NCBI GenBank assembly: GCA_050010515.1
Contig: JBEKKX010000043.1
Location: 1 to 18,149 of the forward strand
DNA: 18,149 nt
Direction: 5' to 3'
Source: Candidatus Bathyarchaeia archaeon
GTDB lineage: Archaea; Thermoproteota; Bathyarchaeia; Bathyarchaeales; Bathycorpusculaceae
The translations under genes and the position numbers were made by a program. Of this stretch, positions 1-8,766 are shown in pieces. Within the stretch, counting starts at the first letter, position 1, and the number at the start of each line of letters is the position of its first letter. The notes below the pieces were generated by a model. The model was not told the origin of the DNA. It did no database searches and worked only from the letters and a program-made list of their open reading frames with translations.

Positions 1-1
1 A

Positions 2-565
2 AACTCCATCGATTCACCATTTTTCAACAAAGCTAAAATTCGCCTATCAAAAGAGTCCATAATAGACCTATAATAGCGAAAGAAGGATAAAAACCATTTT
101 AGACCAATTTAGCAACGGGCTGACGCGCGCACTCAATGGCTTCTTAGTGTTTATCATCGGATGGATCGCCATCATAGTAACATCATTCTCTTCCTTGTTT
201 GGGATTCTCTGGAGCTTTCTTGCAGTGGTGGGCGGTATGCTCATAATGCTGGCGGGTAATCTCCCAAGCGTGCGCGCTAAGACAGCAGCTCCTACCGCGA
301 CTGAGGTTCATCCAGAAACTACAAAGACAGTAACCAGCGAAAACATTCCTGTGCATCCTCCAGTGGAAGCGTCACCTATCGTTTACTGCGGATACTGTGG
401 ATTTAAAAATGATAAGGATTCTGCTTATTGTCAGAAATGCGGAGGAACTTAACTGGAGGGATTACAGCAGAAGCTGGTCCTACGGAGAAATTCTGCGCTA
501 ATTGCGGAACCAAGAATAAAAGCGAAGCTATTTTCTGCAAAAACTGCGGAAAACAACTCTCCTAA
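2..565 (+). pseudogene. Frameshifted membrane protein with C-terminal double zinc ribbon (5' end outside window)
   Basis: ORF 147-452 has two TM segments and CGYC..CQKC, then stops at TAA 450-452. The -1 frame 449-565 continues LTGGITAEAGPTEKFCANCGTKNKSEAIFCKNCGKQLS*, a second zinc ribbon. The frame is open upstream to 66, and another open frame spans 2-70, suggesting a second shift near 70. Confidence 0.7.
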
Positions 566-964
566 GCGAACGCACGTACTTTGGCTTAATAGAAACTACC
601 AAGATATTGTTTTAGGAAGCGTACGCTTTAATTTTTGGCTGGAAGAATGATAACTATCGCTGAACTCCAAACTTCCTTGAAATTTTGGCTGGAGTATTTG
701 CTTTGCGCTCGTGTGCATGGCGCGCAGAAACTGCTTCTGCCTATACTCACATTATGAGCGTCTATGTGCCCAAATAAAGTTATTCACCTTTGCCGTCTGA
801 GTAACTCTGAACTTTCATCCATTAATGTCAAGCTAATGCCTTCTCATCATCCGGCAAGAACAATTTAGTGTAAGCGAGATAAAAGCGTATAGATGTTGTT
901 TTAATTTGAGTAGGGAACGCTTTTATTTTCGGTTTGCAAACTTATTTTATCAGGAGTTATAAGC

Positions 965-1537
965 ATGAATTTTAATGGTAGTCAAACAGAAAAAAACCTC
1001 TTAGCAGCGTTTGCAGGCGAGTCACAAGCACGAACCAGATACACATTCTTTGCCAGCATAGCCAAAAAAGAAGGATACGAGCAAATTGGCGGCATTTTCG
1101 AGGAGACTTCAGGCAATGAGAAGGAGCATGCGGAATTATTCTTTAAGCATCTCAAGGGTGGCGTGGTTGAAATCAAAGCTTCTTACCCTGCTGGCGTAAT
1201 TGCATCAACCGCTGAGAATCTTAAGGCTGCAGCTGAAGGAGAAAAACTCGAGTGGGGCACACTTTACCCTAATTTTGGAGATGTAGCTCAACAGGAAGGT
1301 TTTCCAGATGTTGCAGCGACGTTCCGGATGATTGCAAAAGTAGAAGCCTACCATGAACGAAGGTACAATAAGTTGCTTGAAAGCGTGCAGCAAAGCAAAG
1401 TGTTCAAGAAGGATCAGCCGATCAAATGGAAATGCAGAAACTGCGGTTACGTCTTTGAAGGAAAAGAAGCACCAGGCAAATGTCCTGTATGCGCTCATCC
1501 GAAAGACTATTTTGAAGTTTGGGTTGAAAACTACTGA
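965..1537 (+). CDS. rbr: Rubrerythrin
   Basis: N-terminal TEKNLLAAFAGESQA, diiron motifs EKEH and EAYH, C-terminal rubredoxin-like CRNC...CPVC. AGGAG RBS at 952-956. Confidence 0.97.
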   Translation: MNFNGSQTEKNLLAAFAGESQARTRYTFFASIAKKEGYEQIGGIFEETSGNEKEHAELFFKHLKGGVVEIKASYPAGVIASTAENLKAAAEGEKLEWGTLYPNFGDVAQQEGFPDVAATFRMIAKVEAYHERRYNKLLESVQQSKVFKKDQPIKWKCRNCGYVFEGKEAPGKCPVCAHPKDYFEVWVENY

Positions 1538-1591
1538 CAACCCTCAATTTTTTTCTAATCAAAGTGCAAACGCAGAAATCTGATTGATGTT

Positions 1592-2098
1592 TTAAACAAT
1601 GTATTTGCCTGTTATTTCAAAATCTTTCACAATCTCCATTACACGTTTGGGCGCATTGAATGGTCCAAGAGGAATATCCTTTAGCAGAACCCAAGGGCTT
1701 TTACATGCAACCACTGTTGCAATGTGTTGTTCTCCAAAGCATTTCTTCGCAACTTCAACAACCATGCGTCTTACTTCAACCTCGGAATATTCGCCCAGTA
1801 CATGTAAATACTCATGCAATAAGAGATTGTAAACCAAAGCATTAACCGTCGGCTTAGAGCTTACGGATGCTTCAACGATTTCAATCAACGAGCGGTTTAA
1901 GACGATGTTGTTGGTTCCTATCGGGTAATAGGCGCCAAGTTGCAGAGGCAAATCGTCCAAAAACAGCATCATGCTATCTCTTCTTTTGCCTAAAGAAAAC
2001 TGTATTGTGTCCTTTACTATTTGCCAGACTTCAGCGTAATTTTTAGCTGTATTTAACCTTGCGTCGAACCGCTCAATTTCTTTGGAATTATCGCTCAA
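1592..2098 (-). CDS. Hypothetical protein with HExxH zinc-metallopeptidase-like motif
   Basis: 168-aa ORF with TTG start and LLHEYLH motif. Confidence 0.7.
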   Translation of the reverse strand: MSDNSKEIERFDARLNTAKNYAEVWQIVKDTIQFSLGKRRDSMMLFLDDLPLQLGAYYPIGTNNIVLNRSLIEIVEASVSSKPTVNALVYNLLLHEYLHVLGEYSEVEVRRMVVEVAKKCFGEQHIATVVACKSPWVLLKDIPLGPFNAPKRVMEIVKDFEITGKYIV

Positions 2099-2229
2099 AA
2101 AGCTAGCCGCCTTCTAAAAAATAATGATGGGAAACGAGGCTTTAAGTTTTGCACTATTAGCGGCGTGCGATAAACAAAAAATTGATAAATGACAAGGGCT
2201 TTTGTCTTAGACGTTAAGGTGAAATTTGA

Positions 2230-2652
2230 ATGGCAAGCAATGTTCTCGTAAGAGATATAATGTCAAAAGATGTTAAAACTGTGCGCAATGATACGTCAGT
2301 AAAAGAAGTAGTTGCGTTAATGAACAAGTTCGACAAAGATGCAATACTTGTTGAGCAAAGCGGAAAACCGACAGGAATCATAACAGTCAAAGATGTTCTG
2401 GTAAGAGCAGTTGAACATGGCGTACCCCTGAGTACAATAATAGCAAGAATGGTCTACACAAACCCACTGGTGACAATTGAGGAGACAGCAACCGTTGAAG
2501 AAGCAGCTAAACTGATGAAAGAATGGCGAATCAAGCACTTACCAATCGTTGACAAAAACGGCAGCCTCGTAGGCATGTTAAACGATAGGGACGTAATATA
2601 CGCGGTTCCTTCTTTAATGTCAACGATGGAAGAGTTCTGTCGAACAAAATAA
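2230..2652 (+). CDS. CBS domain pair protein
   Basis: VRDIMSKDV...GIITVKD and LVTIEETATVEEAAKLM...IKHLPIVD...GML: two CBS repeats. Confidence 0.93.
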   Translation: MASNVLVRDIMSKDVKTVRNDTSVKEVVALMNKFDKDAILVEQSGKPTGIITVKDVLVRAVEHGVPLSTIIARMVYTNPLVTIEETATVEEAAKLMKEWRIKHLPIVDKNGSLVGMLNDRDVIYAVPSLMSTMEEFCRTK

Positions 2653-2912
2653 TTTTGATACCCAAATAATTCTTTTTTATCCACAACTTTTTGAAACTTA
2701 CAATTGCTGTATTATCGTACAATTATTGGGCTATGCTCAATTTTAAATCGTTGAACCTGCAGACAAACAAGTTTCCAGCGGTGTTTTTTCAGCTATAGGT
2801 ATAGGGAGGGCGGTGGGCATCTTTGCGTTTGTGCACGATAAAGGCTTTATCGCCTGTTATTGTGTAGGTGAAAGTCAAAATTTTCAGGGTACAGGAGGGA
2901 GGGGTAGGCTAT

Positions 2913-3019
2913 TTGTTGATGAATTTCTCTAGCAAATATGCGGTATCCTCTCTCGATAGGCGCATTATTGGATGAAAATTACGTCAAAAGTGCGGGTATC
3001 CTTCCAGATAAGGAGGGCG
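2913..3019. repeat. Imperfect ~52-bp tandem duplication
   Basis: aaatatgcggtatcctctctcgatagg (from 2934) vs aaaagtgcgggtatccttccagataagg (from 2986), each preceded by ttg(g)atgaa. Confidence 0.55.
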
Positions 3020-3054
3020 TTCATTTAAGATTTTATGAAGTTTTCATAGATGAT

Positions 3055-3084
3055 AAGTCTTAAATCTGTATAGCGTAGAAATAG
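3055..3084 (+). promoter_or_regulatory. Cassette motif copy A (BRE/TATA-containing repeat)
   Basis: AAGTCTTAAATCTGTATAGCGTAGAAATAG, ending 7 nt before ATG 3092. Confidence 0.8.
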
Positions 3085-3091
3085 CTTAAAC

Positions 3092-3301
3092 ATGGCAAAG
3101 AAAGAAAGACATCCCAACTATGATACTCCAGAGGCAAGTCTCACATGGGGATATAAGTGTTCGGGCAAGGCATTAAGCAGTTTAAGAGAACAAGATATTA
3201 AGAATACACGGAAAGCGATTTATGACGTAAGAGAATCTATTAGAGATGCATTATTTCTGCTCAAGAATCCTAAAAAAAACAATAGTGAGCAAAAACAATA
3301 G
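3092..3301 (+). CDS. Small basic hypothetical protein
   Basis: 69-aa ATG ORF directly downstream of motif copy A. Confidence 0.55.
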   Translation: MAKKERHPNYDTPEASLTWGYKCSGKALSSLREQDIKNTRKAIYDVRESIRDALFLLKNPKKNNSEQKQ

Positions 3302-3346
3302 CTGAACCGAAAAACTAATCCAGAATAGTAAAAACAGTGAATCAGA

Positions 3347-3841
3347 ATGAGTGAGTATATCGGCGTAATTGGTGTAATCACTGGTTCTATTGGCACAGCA
3401 ACAGGGATTATTGCTCTTATAAGGATATACAGAAAAGAGAAGCCAAACCTGAAAATAGAAAAAGTAGAAAGTTCACATAACTTCACACATAACCCATCCG
3501 AAAAAACTCACATTAATTTCTGGGCTAAATTTCATGTCAGCAACTTAGGGGATAGAGGAACAAGAATAAACGATATAATCTTATCATTTAGAGTTGATTC
3601 AAAAGACTATATTTTAAAAAAGCAAGACTTCTTTCGAGTGCCATCGGTAGGGTTAAGTGCAAAAATCGAAAAAAGCATATGGCTTGAGGCGCATGATTCG
3701 AGTTATTTTCAAGTGCAATTTATCCAAGAATATGATAGTACCGAGAAAGAACAAATAGATTGCAATTTCAAGATTATTCATACGCATGGTTCAAAGTATG
3801 CCAAAATCACTTCTGTGTTAACGACGGAACATAATTTATAG
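3347..3841 (+). CDS. Membrane-anchored hypothetical protein
   Basis: N-terminal TM helix (YIGVIGVITGSIGTATGIIALI) followed by a beta-rich soluble domain. Confidence 0.75.
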   Translation: MSEYIGVIGVITGSIGTATGIIALIRIYRKEKPNLKIEKVESSHNFTHNPSEKTHINFWAKFHVSNLGDRGTRINDIILSFRVDSKDYILKKQDFFRVPSVGLSAKIEKSIWLEAHDSSYFQVQFIQEYDSTEKEQIDCNFKIIHTHGSKYAKITSVLTTEHNL

Positions 3842-3854
3842 ACAAAACAACTCG

Positions 3855-3913
3855 CCCCTTTTTGTTTTTTGACTTTTTGGCAAAAACTTAAATCTGCATA
3901 GCGTAAAAAATAG
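3855..3913 (+). repeat. T-tract motif plus cassette motif copy B
   Basis: CCCCTTTTTGTTTTTTGACTTTT (3855-3877), then AAAACTTAAATCTGCATAGCGTAAAAAATAG (3883-3913). Confidence 0.8.
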
Positions 3914-3957
3914 GCTGCACATCGCAAAAAAGAAAAACAAAGAAAAAAGGGAAAATA

Positions 3958-4572
3958 TTAGTAATAGTATGTTATCGTTACTGTTTCAGTTGCCCCGCTA
4001 CTAAGAAAACTAAGCCCGTTTCCGACTCCAATTGTTATACTTGAAGACGGTAATACTGGGAATACTGCCGAAGAACCTACATTTATTGCCTGATTTCCCG
4101 TATAAGCTTGGCTATAACTGACTCCATTAGAAGAGTAGCTTATCTCAACCCAAGTGCCAGCAACGGTTGAACTTTGAACATCAACAGAAACGTATCCAGC
4201 ATAACTTGCTGATAGACTAAAGTCAGAGTATGCACCGTTTCCTTGACTTACAGTCTTGTCATTTGCCACAACTGTAGAATCTTGAAGGCTGTTTATGGCA
4301 TTTGCGTTTGCAAGTTGACTCGTTAATGTGGTGATCTGAGCGTTTGCGGTTGCAAGTGCTGTCTCATTTCCACTTAACCATGTTTTTAGGTTGGTAATTT
4401 GAGCGTTTAGTGAAGAACTTGAAGAACTTGAAGAAGATTTTAGTGCATTGTACATGTTGTTTTGATAGACATATACACTAACCATGCCAACAGCAAGGAG
4501 TATGCAAATTATTCCCAAAACAATCGCTGGCGTATTTCTAACAACTTTCTTTGGTTCACTCATTTCAATCAC
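3958..4572 (-). CDS. Membrane-anchored surface protein with coiled-coil stalk
   Basis: N-terminal TM, poly-Ser, heptad-like segment (LNAQITNLK...QITTLTSQL), Ser/Thr-rich beta domain. Confidence 0.8.
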   Translation of the reverse strand: MIEMSEPKKVVRNTPAIVLGIICILLAVGMVSVYVYQNNMYNALKSSSSSSSSSLNAQITNLKTWLSGNETALATANAQITTLTSQLANANAINSLQDSTVVANDKTVSQGNGAYSDFSLSASYAGYVSVDVQSSTVAGTWVEISYSSNGVSYSQAYTGNQAINVGSSAVFPVLPSSSITIGVGNGLSFLSSGATETVTITYYY

Positions 4573-4581
4573 TAAGGTTCT

Positions 4582-4610
4582 CTATATATCCCTTTTCAGA
4601 TATAAGATTT
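4582..4610 (-). promoter_or_regulatory. Cassette motif copy C (divergent, minus strand)
   Basis: Reverse complement reads AAATCTTATATCTGAAAAGGGATATATAG then AGAAC, just upstream of the 4572 start. Confidence 0.6.
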
Positions 4611-4615
4611 TAGCC

Positions 4616-4685
4616 CATACCCTTTTATTTTTTGAAAGCACGAAAAGTCTTAAATCTGTATAGCGAAGAATAGAAGAACTGAGGG
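4616..4685 (+). repeat. T-tract motif plus cassette motif copy D
   Basis: CATACCCTTTTATTTTTTGAAAG, then AAGTCTTAAATCTGTATAGCGAAGAATAG (4645-4673), then AGAACTGAGGG. Confidence 0.8.
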
Positions 4686-4690
4686 TAACT

Positions 4691-4960
4691 GTGAGCAGTA
4701 ATGGAGAAAATAAACGACTGCAAATTCGCAATAACAGAATAAGACTGATAAGGGATTATAAAAAAGAGAAAGGTAACGGAACTTTAACCCCTGAAAAAGA
4801 ACGAGGTTACATTGAGTGGTTGATAATAAACACTCAATCAGCAAGGTCTTTAGAAGGTCTTACTACGGGAAAAGAGAAATGGTTAGGGGAGAAGGATAGG
4901 GAAGAGTTTGTGAGAAGTTTTGAGAGACAAGCAAAAAAAGATTTAGGAATTGAAGAATAA
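4691..4960 (+). CDS. Small charged hypothetical protein
   Basis: 89-aa GTG ORF with GAGGG RBS, bounded by motif copies D and E. Confidence 0.7.
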   Translation: MSSNGENKRLQIRNNRIRLIRDYKKEKGNGTLTPEKERGYIEWLIINTQSARSLEGLTTGKEKWLGEKDREEFVRSFERQAKKDLGIEE

Positions 4961-4961
4961 T

Positions 4962-5001
4962 AAGTCTTAATCTGCATAGCTTAGATTAGTAGAACTGAGG
5001 G
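4962..5001 (+). promoter_or_regulatory. Cassette motif copy E
   Basis: AAGTCTTAATCTGCATAGCTTAGATTAG then AGAACTGAGGG, starting immediately after the 4960 stop. Confidence 0.8.
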
Positions 5002-5007
5002 AAAATA

Positions 5008-5568
5008 TTGTCAAATGAAGATACGGTTTTGAAAGAAGCCTATTCCTCATTTAGCCAAAGACTTAGTTTTAATGATTTTCAGAATAAGATTAATCTGAAG
5101 ACATTAGGGACAGATAAATGGAATTTTGCCAGAGCGGTTCAACAATTTCAAGAAGCCATTAAATATGAAGAATCTAATCCAGATTTAGAAATAGCTTTAT
5201 TATGCTCTTGTGCTGAAGCCCTACAACTTGAAAAAACTTCTTTAAAAAGATTCAAAGAATTTTATTTGCGGTATTGCCCTTCCAATCTTAGGACTTCCCC
5301 AATAAAATATTATCCTAATGGCAAAGTACCTGAAATTACCGCACCATTTGGCAAAGCACTTGAATTCATATATAGACAGTTAAGAAGTGTTTATATTCAT
5401 GAAGGAACTGAACATTTAAAACCTGAACCAATTCGAAATGGGATTTTCGGGGATGTAATTAGGAATAAAGATGGCACGAAAGACTTTTATTTTTTTGATA
5501 AAATGAAAACACTCGAATGGTTCAGACAAATCACCTTTGAAAGCCTTTATGTAATGTTAACTAAATAG
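5008..5568 (+). CDS. Putative HEPN-domain protein
   Basis: Helical protein with LCSCAEAL and an Rx4H motif RSVYIH. Confidence 0.6.
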   Translation: MSNEDTVLKEAYSSFSQRLSFNDFQNKINLKTLGTDKWNFARAVQQFQEAIKYEESNPDLEIALLCSCAEALQLEKTSLKRFKEFYLRYCPSNLRTSPIKYYPNGKVPEITAPFGKALEFIYRQLRSVYIHEGTEHLKPEPIRNGIFGDVIRNKDGTKDFYFFDKMKTLEWFRQITFESLYVMLTK

Positions 5569-5574
5569 CTCATA

Positions 5575-5596
5575 CCCCTTTTGTTTTTTGACTTTT
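5575..5596 (+). terminator. Shared T-tract motif, likely archaeal terminator
   Basis: CCCCTTTTGTTTTTTGACTTTT right after the stop, nearly identical to 3855-3877. Confidence 0.65.
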
Positions 5597-6135
5597 GATA
5601 AATTGCCGATTTTTAACAGAGGTATAGTTAAGGAATTATGTAAATTTGTTTTAACCTTCTCAAGAGACTTGATGAAGAACAAATCCAAAACCGATTCAAA
5701 AACTATTCCAAAATCAATTTCAAAAATGATTGAAGAACCGTTAAAAATCTCGGAAAATTTTTTGATAAATTTATTTCCAAAAAACAGTTTGCTGAAAAAG
5801 GCGTATGTACGCATCCGAGCCTCATGCTACTCGTGGCTTCTTAGCTTGAATCGCCTTGATTCTCAGAGATTTCGATGTTTTAACCGTATCATTGGCTTTC
5901 ACTACTTAGATAATAGCTAACAGCAATTAAAACTTTAAGATTTCAAAACAAAAGGTTTTAACATTTATGAATAACAATTAAGTAACGGCTTAACACCAAA
6001 ATAAGCCAAAACTACCTCCCTACCGTTTATATAAACGCAATCCCTGACTGCCGAAGCTCACCCTTCTTATATTATGTCCTAAAATTTTTTAATGACACTA
6101 TTGATTTTGGGGTTTTGATGTTTTTTTGATAGTAC

Positions 6136-6855
6136 CTAAAAAAGAGTTAAGAGAACCAATATCAAACCACACATAGCGAAAACGAATATTCCTATTTGTA
6201 TACCTCTTTTTTTGAATGCATTTATGAGCCACTGATTTTTGACATGATTAAGAAGCCACATGTACAACCTGCTACATTTGACACAATAGCGCACGCGCCA
6301 CTCGTACCACTTGTGAATTTTGGCATCATAATATAACCACTTGCGACTTTTGGCATAATAATATTCAGACCAAAATCCGAAGAATATGTATATGAGCGAA
6401 AATGTTAAAGCAAAAAGCAAGATGAATGATAACCCAAACCACACTTGCTGGTCTAACCGATAAAGGGTACTGGATATTCCGTATATGGAGAACTCATGAA
6501 TGTTCTTAAAAATATCTGTTAAATATATTTGAATCCCGAAAATGACTGTAGTATTATTCGCGACCGCGCTGGAAAGGGCTTCTTTTTCTGTAACTGTCAA
6601 GACTGTGGTGTTCATCCATGCCCAAAATATTATTTTTGACGCAAAATATTCGATTAAGCTAATTGGCAAACTTAAAACCAATAAAAACCATATTCTGTGG
6701 TTGTTATATAATTCTCTGAAATCTTTGCTGGAAATCAATACAAAAATACCAACTGTTAAGGCTAATACATAGCCAACATGATTGGTAGTTTGCGAACTAT
6801 AGCTGTTAATTAATGCTGTTCTCAAGCTTTCGAAATCTGGATTAATAGCTGACAA
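6136..6855 (-). CDS. Multi-pass membrane hypothetical protein
   Basis: 239 aa with about four hydrophobic segments; upstream AAAAAGTCTTTTAAG TATA-like box. Confidence 0.75.
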   Translation of the reverse strand: MSAINPDFESLRTALINSYSSQTTNHVGYVLALTVGIFVLISSKDFRELYNNHRIWFLLVLSLPISLIEYFASKIIFWAWMNTTVLTVTEKEALSSAVANNTTVIFGIQIYLTDIFKNIHEFSIYGISSTLYRLDQQVWFGLSFILLFALTFSLIYIFFGFWSEYYYAKSRKWLYYDAKIHKWYEWRVRYCVKCSRLYMWLLNHVKNQWLINAFKKRGIQIGIFVFAMCGLILVLLTLF

Positions 6856-7094
6856 ACCAATCCAGTTTTAGTTGTTTGGTTTTATCTTAAAAGACTTTTT
6901 ATTCTGAATGTTTATGGTCTAAAGTTTTCAGAATTTGTTGATAATTAACGGTTTTTCGTTGTTGTTGGATTCTGATTCTTTTCATGCATTAACCCCCTCA
7001 AAAGATTCATCTTTTTTTTCATATTGAGGTTTCAACGGTTCAATTTTGCCTTTTTTTAACGAATTCGTTTAAGAACTTGGATGTCAAAACAAAA

Positions 7095-7469
7095 TCATGC
7101 GTGTTCTATAAATGTCTCCTTTGCAGCTTCTTTTTTCATATACTCCTTGAGTTTTTCTGGAGGTATACAATTCTTGAGACTGGGGCAATATTTGTTCGTG
7201 TGAAAAGCTAGAAGCTCAGAAAGTGGCTCAACAATTTCCCTGTTCAAAGAGTACAGCTTCTCTTTTCCGGAACCCTCTGAGCGCACTATTGCGTAATGTT
7301 CTAGCCGTTTAAGGTTATAAGCGACTGCGCTTTCATCTTGTTCCAGAGCATCTGAAACTCCTGAAATGTTTTTGGGGCCTTCTTTTAGAACATCAATTAT
7401 GGCCAGACGCGTTCTATTTGCCAGTGCAGAGAAAAACAGATAATATGCTTCGTTCGAGAAATTTTCCAT
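7095..7469 (-). CDS. ArsR/SmtB family transcriptional regulator
   Basis: FSALANRTRLAIIDVLKEGP...VAYNLKRL...Y wHTH signature; GGTGA RBS. Confidence 0.9.
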   Translation of the reverse strand: MENFSNEAYYLFFSALANRTRLAIIDVLKEGPKNISGVSDALEQDESAVAYNLKRLEHYAIVRSEGSGKEKLYSLNREIVEPLSELLAFHTNKYCPSLKNCIPPEKLKEYMKKEAAKETFIEHA

Positions 7470-7926
7470 TTTAATTCACCATAGGGGGAGACTTTTGTTA
7501 ACAAAATAAGCTTGTGCCGTAGTACTTTAATTTTGCTTAATGTTAACGGTAATGTTCTTAAGTGGAAAAATTGCTTGGGCATAAACGAATCAAGTACAAT
7601 GTGTTTTAGAGGGTTTTACAAAGCATAGTGTGTTTTGCAAGGCTCAACAAAGTAAGTGTCAATAAACGGACATGTCTTGAGAAGAATCAATGAAAAAATT
7701 TTATTGCGGGAAGCTGGGAAGCTGGCTTGCCCCGAAATTGAGTTAATGTTTACTGTTTTGGAACCGTTAATTGTAAGTATAACTATGTTCCTAAAATTTA
7801 GCTTGAGTAGGGTCAAATCGTGGTGTTGGGAAAATTGGAACTAAACTTGGGAAATGTTTACTTAAGAACGCTTAATATCTCCCTTAATATTGCAATATTG
7901 ATAATTAAAAGGATGGAGGTGAACAA

Positions 7927-8514
7927 ATGAAAACCATCGTTCTAATAGCAATCATAGTAACTCTACTTCTATGCCTCACAGCCATAGCTAACGCAACGAC
8001 TACAACGCTAACGGCAACTCCTAACAACAGCAACGTATTCCAAGTCAAAGGAACAGGATTCACACCTGGCGAAATCGTAAACCTGACGCTGTACAATAAA
8101 ACTGCAATCGTATTCAAATTCAACAATCTCACAGCAGATTCCACCGACTCAATCAATGGAACAGAAATAATCCCAACAAGCATAGCAGGAGGAAACTACA
8201 ACATTACCGCAGTAGGGTTAACAAGCAAGCTTGCTGCTACAGTCATAAACTACGCAGTACCCAACCTCATCGGAAAAACAGGAGCAACAGGAGCAACTGG
8301 TGCCACAGGAACAACTGGCGCTGCAGGAGCAACAGGAGCAACTGGTGCCACAGGAACAACAGGAGCAACTGGTGCTACAGGAGCAACAGGGCAATCGGCT
8401 GACATGACTGCCTCTTACATTGCCGTATTTCTCAGCTTAATAGCTATTGTCATAGCTGTCATCGCAGTGATAAAAGGAAAAGCGCGCGAGCCTCCACCGC
8501 CTCCCCCACTATAA
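7927..8514 (+). CDS. Secreted, membrane-anchored collagen-like protein
   Basis: Signal peptide, 14 consecutive Gly-X-Y triplets (mostly GAT), C-terminal TM and poly-Pro tail; GGAGGTGA RBS. Confidence 0.88.
   Translation: MKTIVLIAIIVTLLLCLTAIANATTTTLTATPNNSNVFQVKGTGFTPGEIVNLTLYNKTAIVFKFNNLTADSTDSINGTEIIPTSIAGGNYNITAVGLTSKLAATVINYAVPNLIGKTGATGATGATGTTGAAGATGATGATGTTGATGATGATGQSADMTASYIAVFLSLIAIVIAVIAVIKGKAREPPPPPPL
8272..8397 (+). repeat. Gly-X-Thr collagen repeat region
   Basis: 9-nt units; ggagcaacaggagcaactggtgccacaggaacaac occurs at 8281 and 8326. Confidence 0.9.
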
Positions 8515-8766
8515 CTTTTCTTTTTCCATGTTAACTTTTTTGCAGTTTTGTTTCTGTCTATTTGAAGTTCTGTATTGACGAATCATTTTGAATAGCAACT
8601 GCATCATAAGTTCTATTTAGAAGCCTTATCCTTCCATAAACTATCTATTGCATCCAATCCTAACTCGAAAACTCAAACAGGCAGGATCGAGAAATTGAAG
8701 CATAGACATACGCTAATATCTTATCTAAATTGAAACCAATTTTTAACTGCCATTTACTATTAAATT

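Noticed and set aside
617-695. AAGCGTACGCTT palindrome and two TTTTGGCTGGA copies
   Set aside because: Too short and isolated to distinguish from chance.
932-941. GTTTGCAAAC palindrome upstream of rubrerythrin
   Set aside because: Plausible operator, but a 10-bp palindrome is expected by chance in 18 kb.
3055-4989. Repeats as a CRISPR array
   Set aside because: Copies are degenerate, hundreds of bp apart and separated by whole genes; no cas genes are present.
3055-5596. Classical integron attC sites
   Set aside because: No RYYYAAC...GTTRRRY long hairpins and no IntI gene are seen.
5557-5920. ORFs 5588-5920 (+) and 5557-5814 (-)
   Set aside because: Low-complexity A-rich sequence, mutually overlapping, one starts inside a terminator tract, and neither has a recognisable motif.
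7397-7844. Short ORFs in the ArsR-collagen intergenic region
   Set aside because: Overlapping frames with no motifs or clear translation signals.
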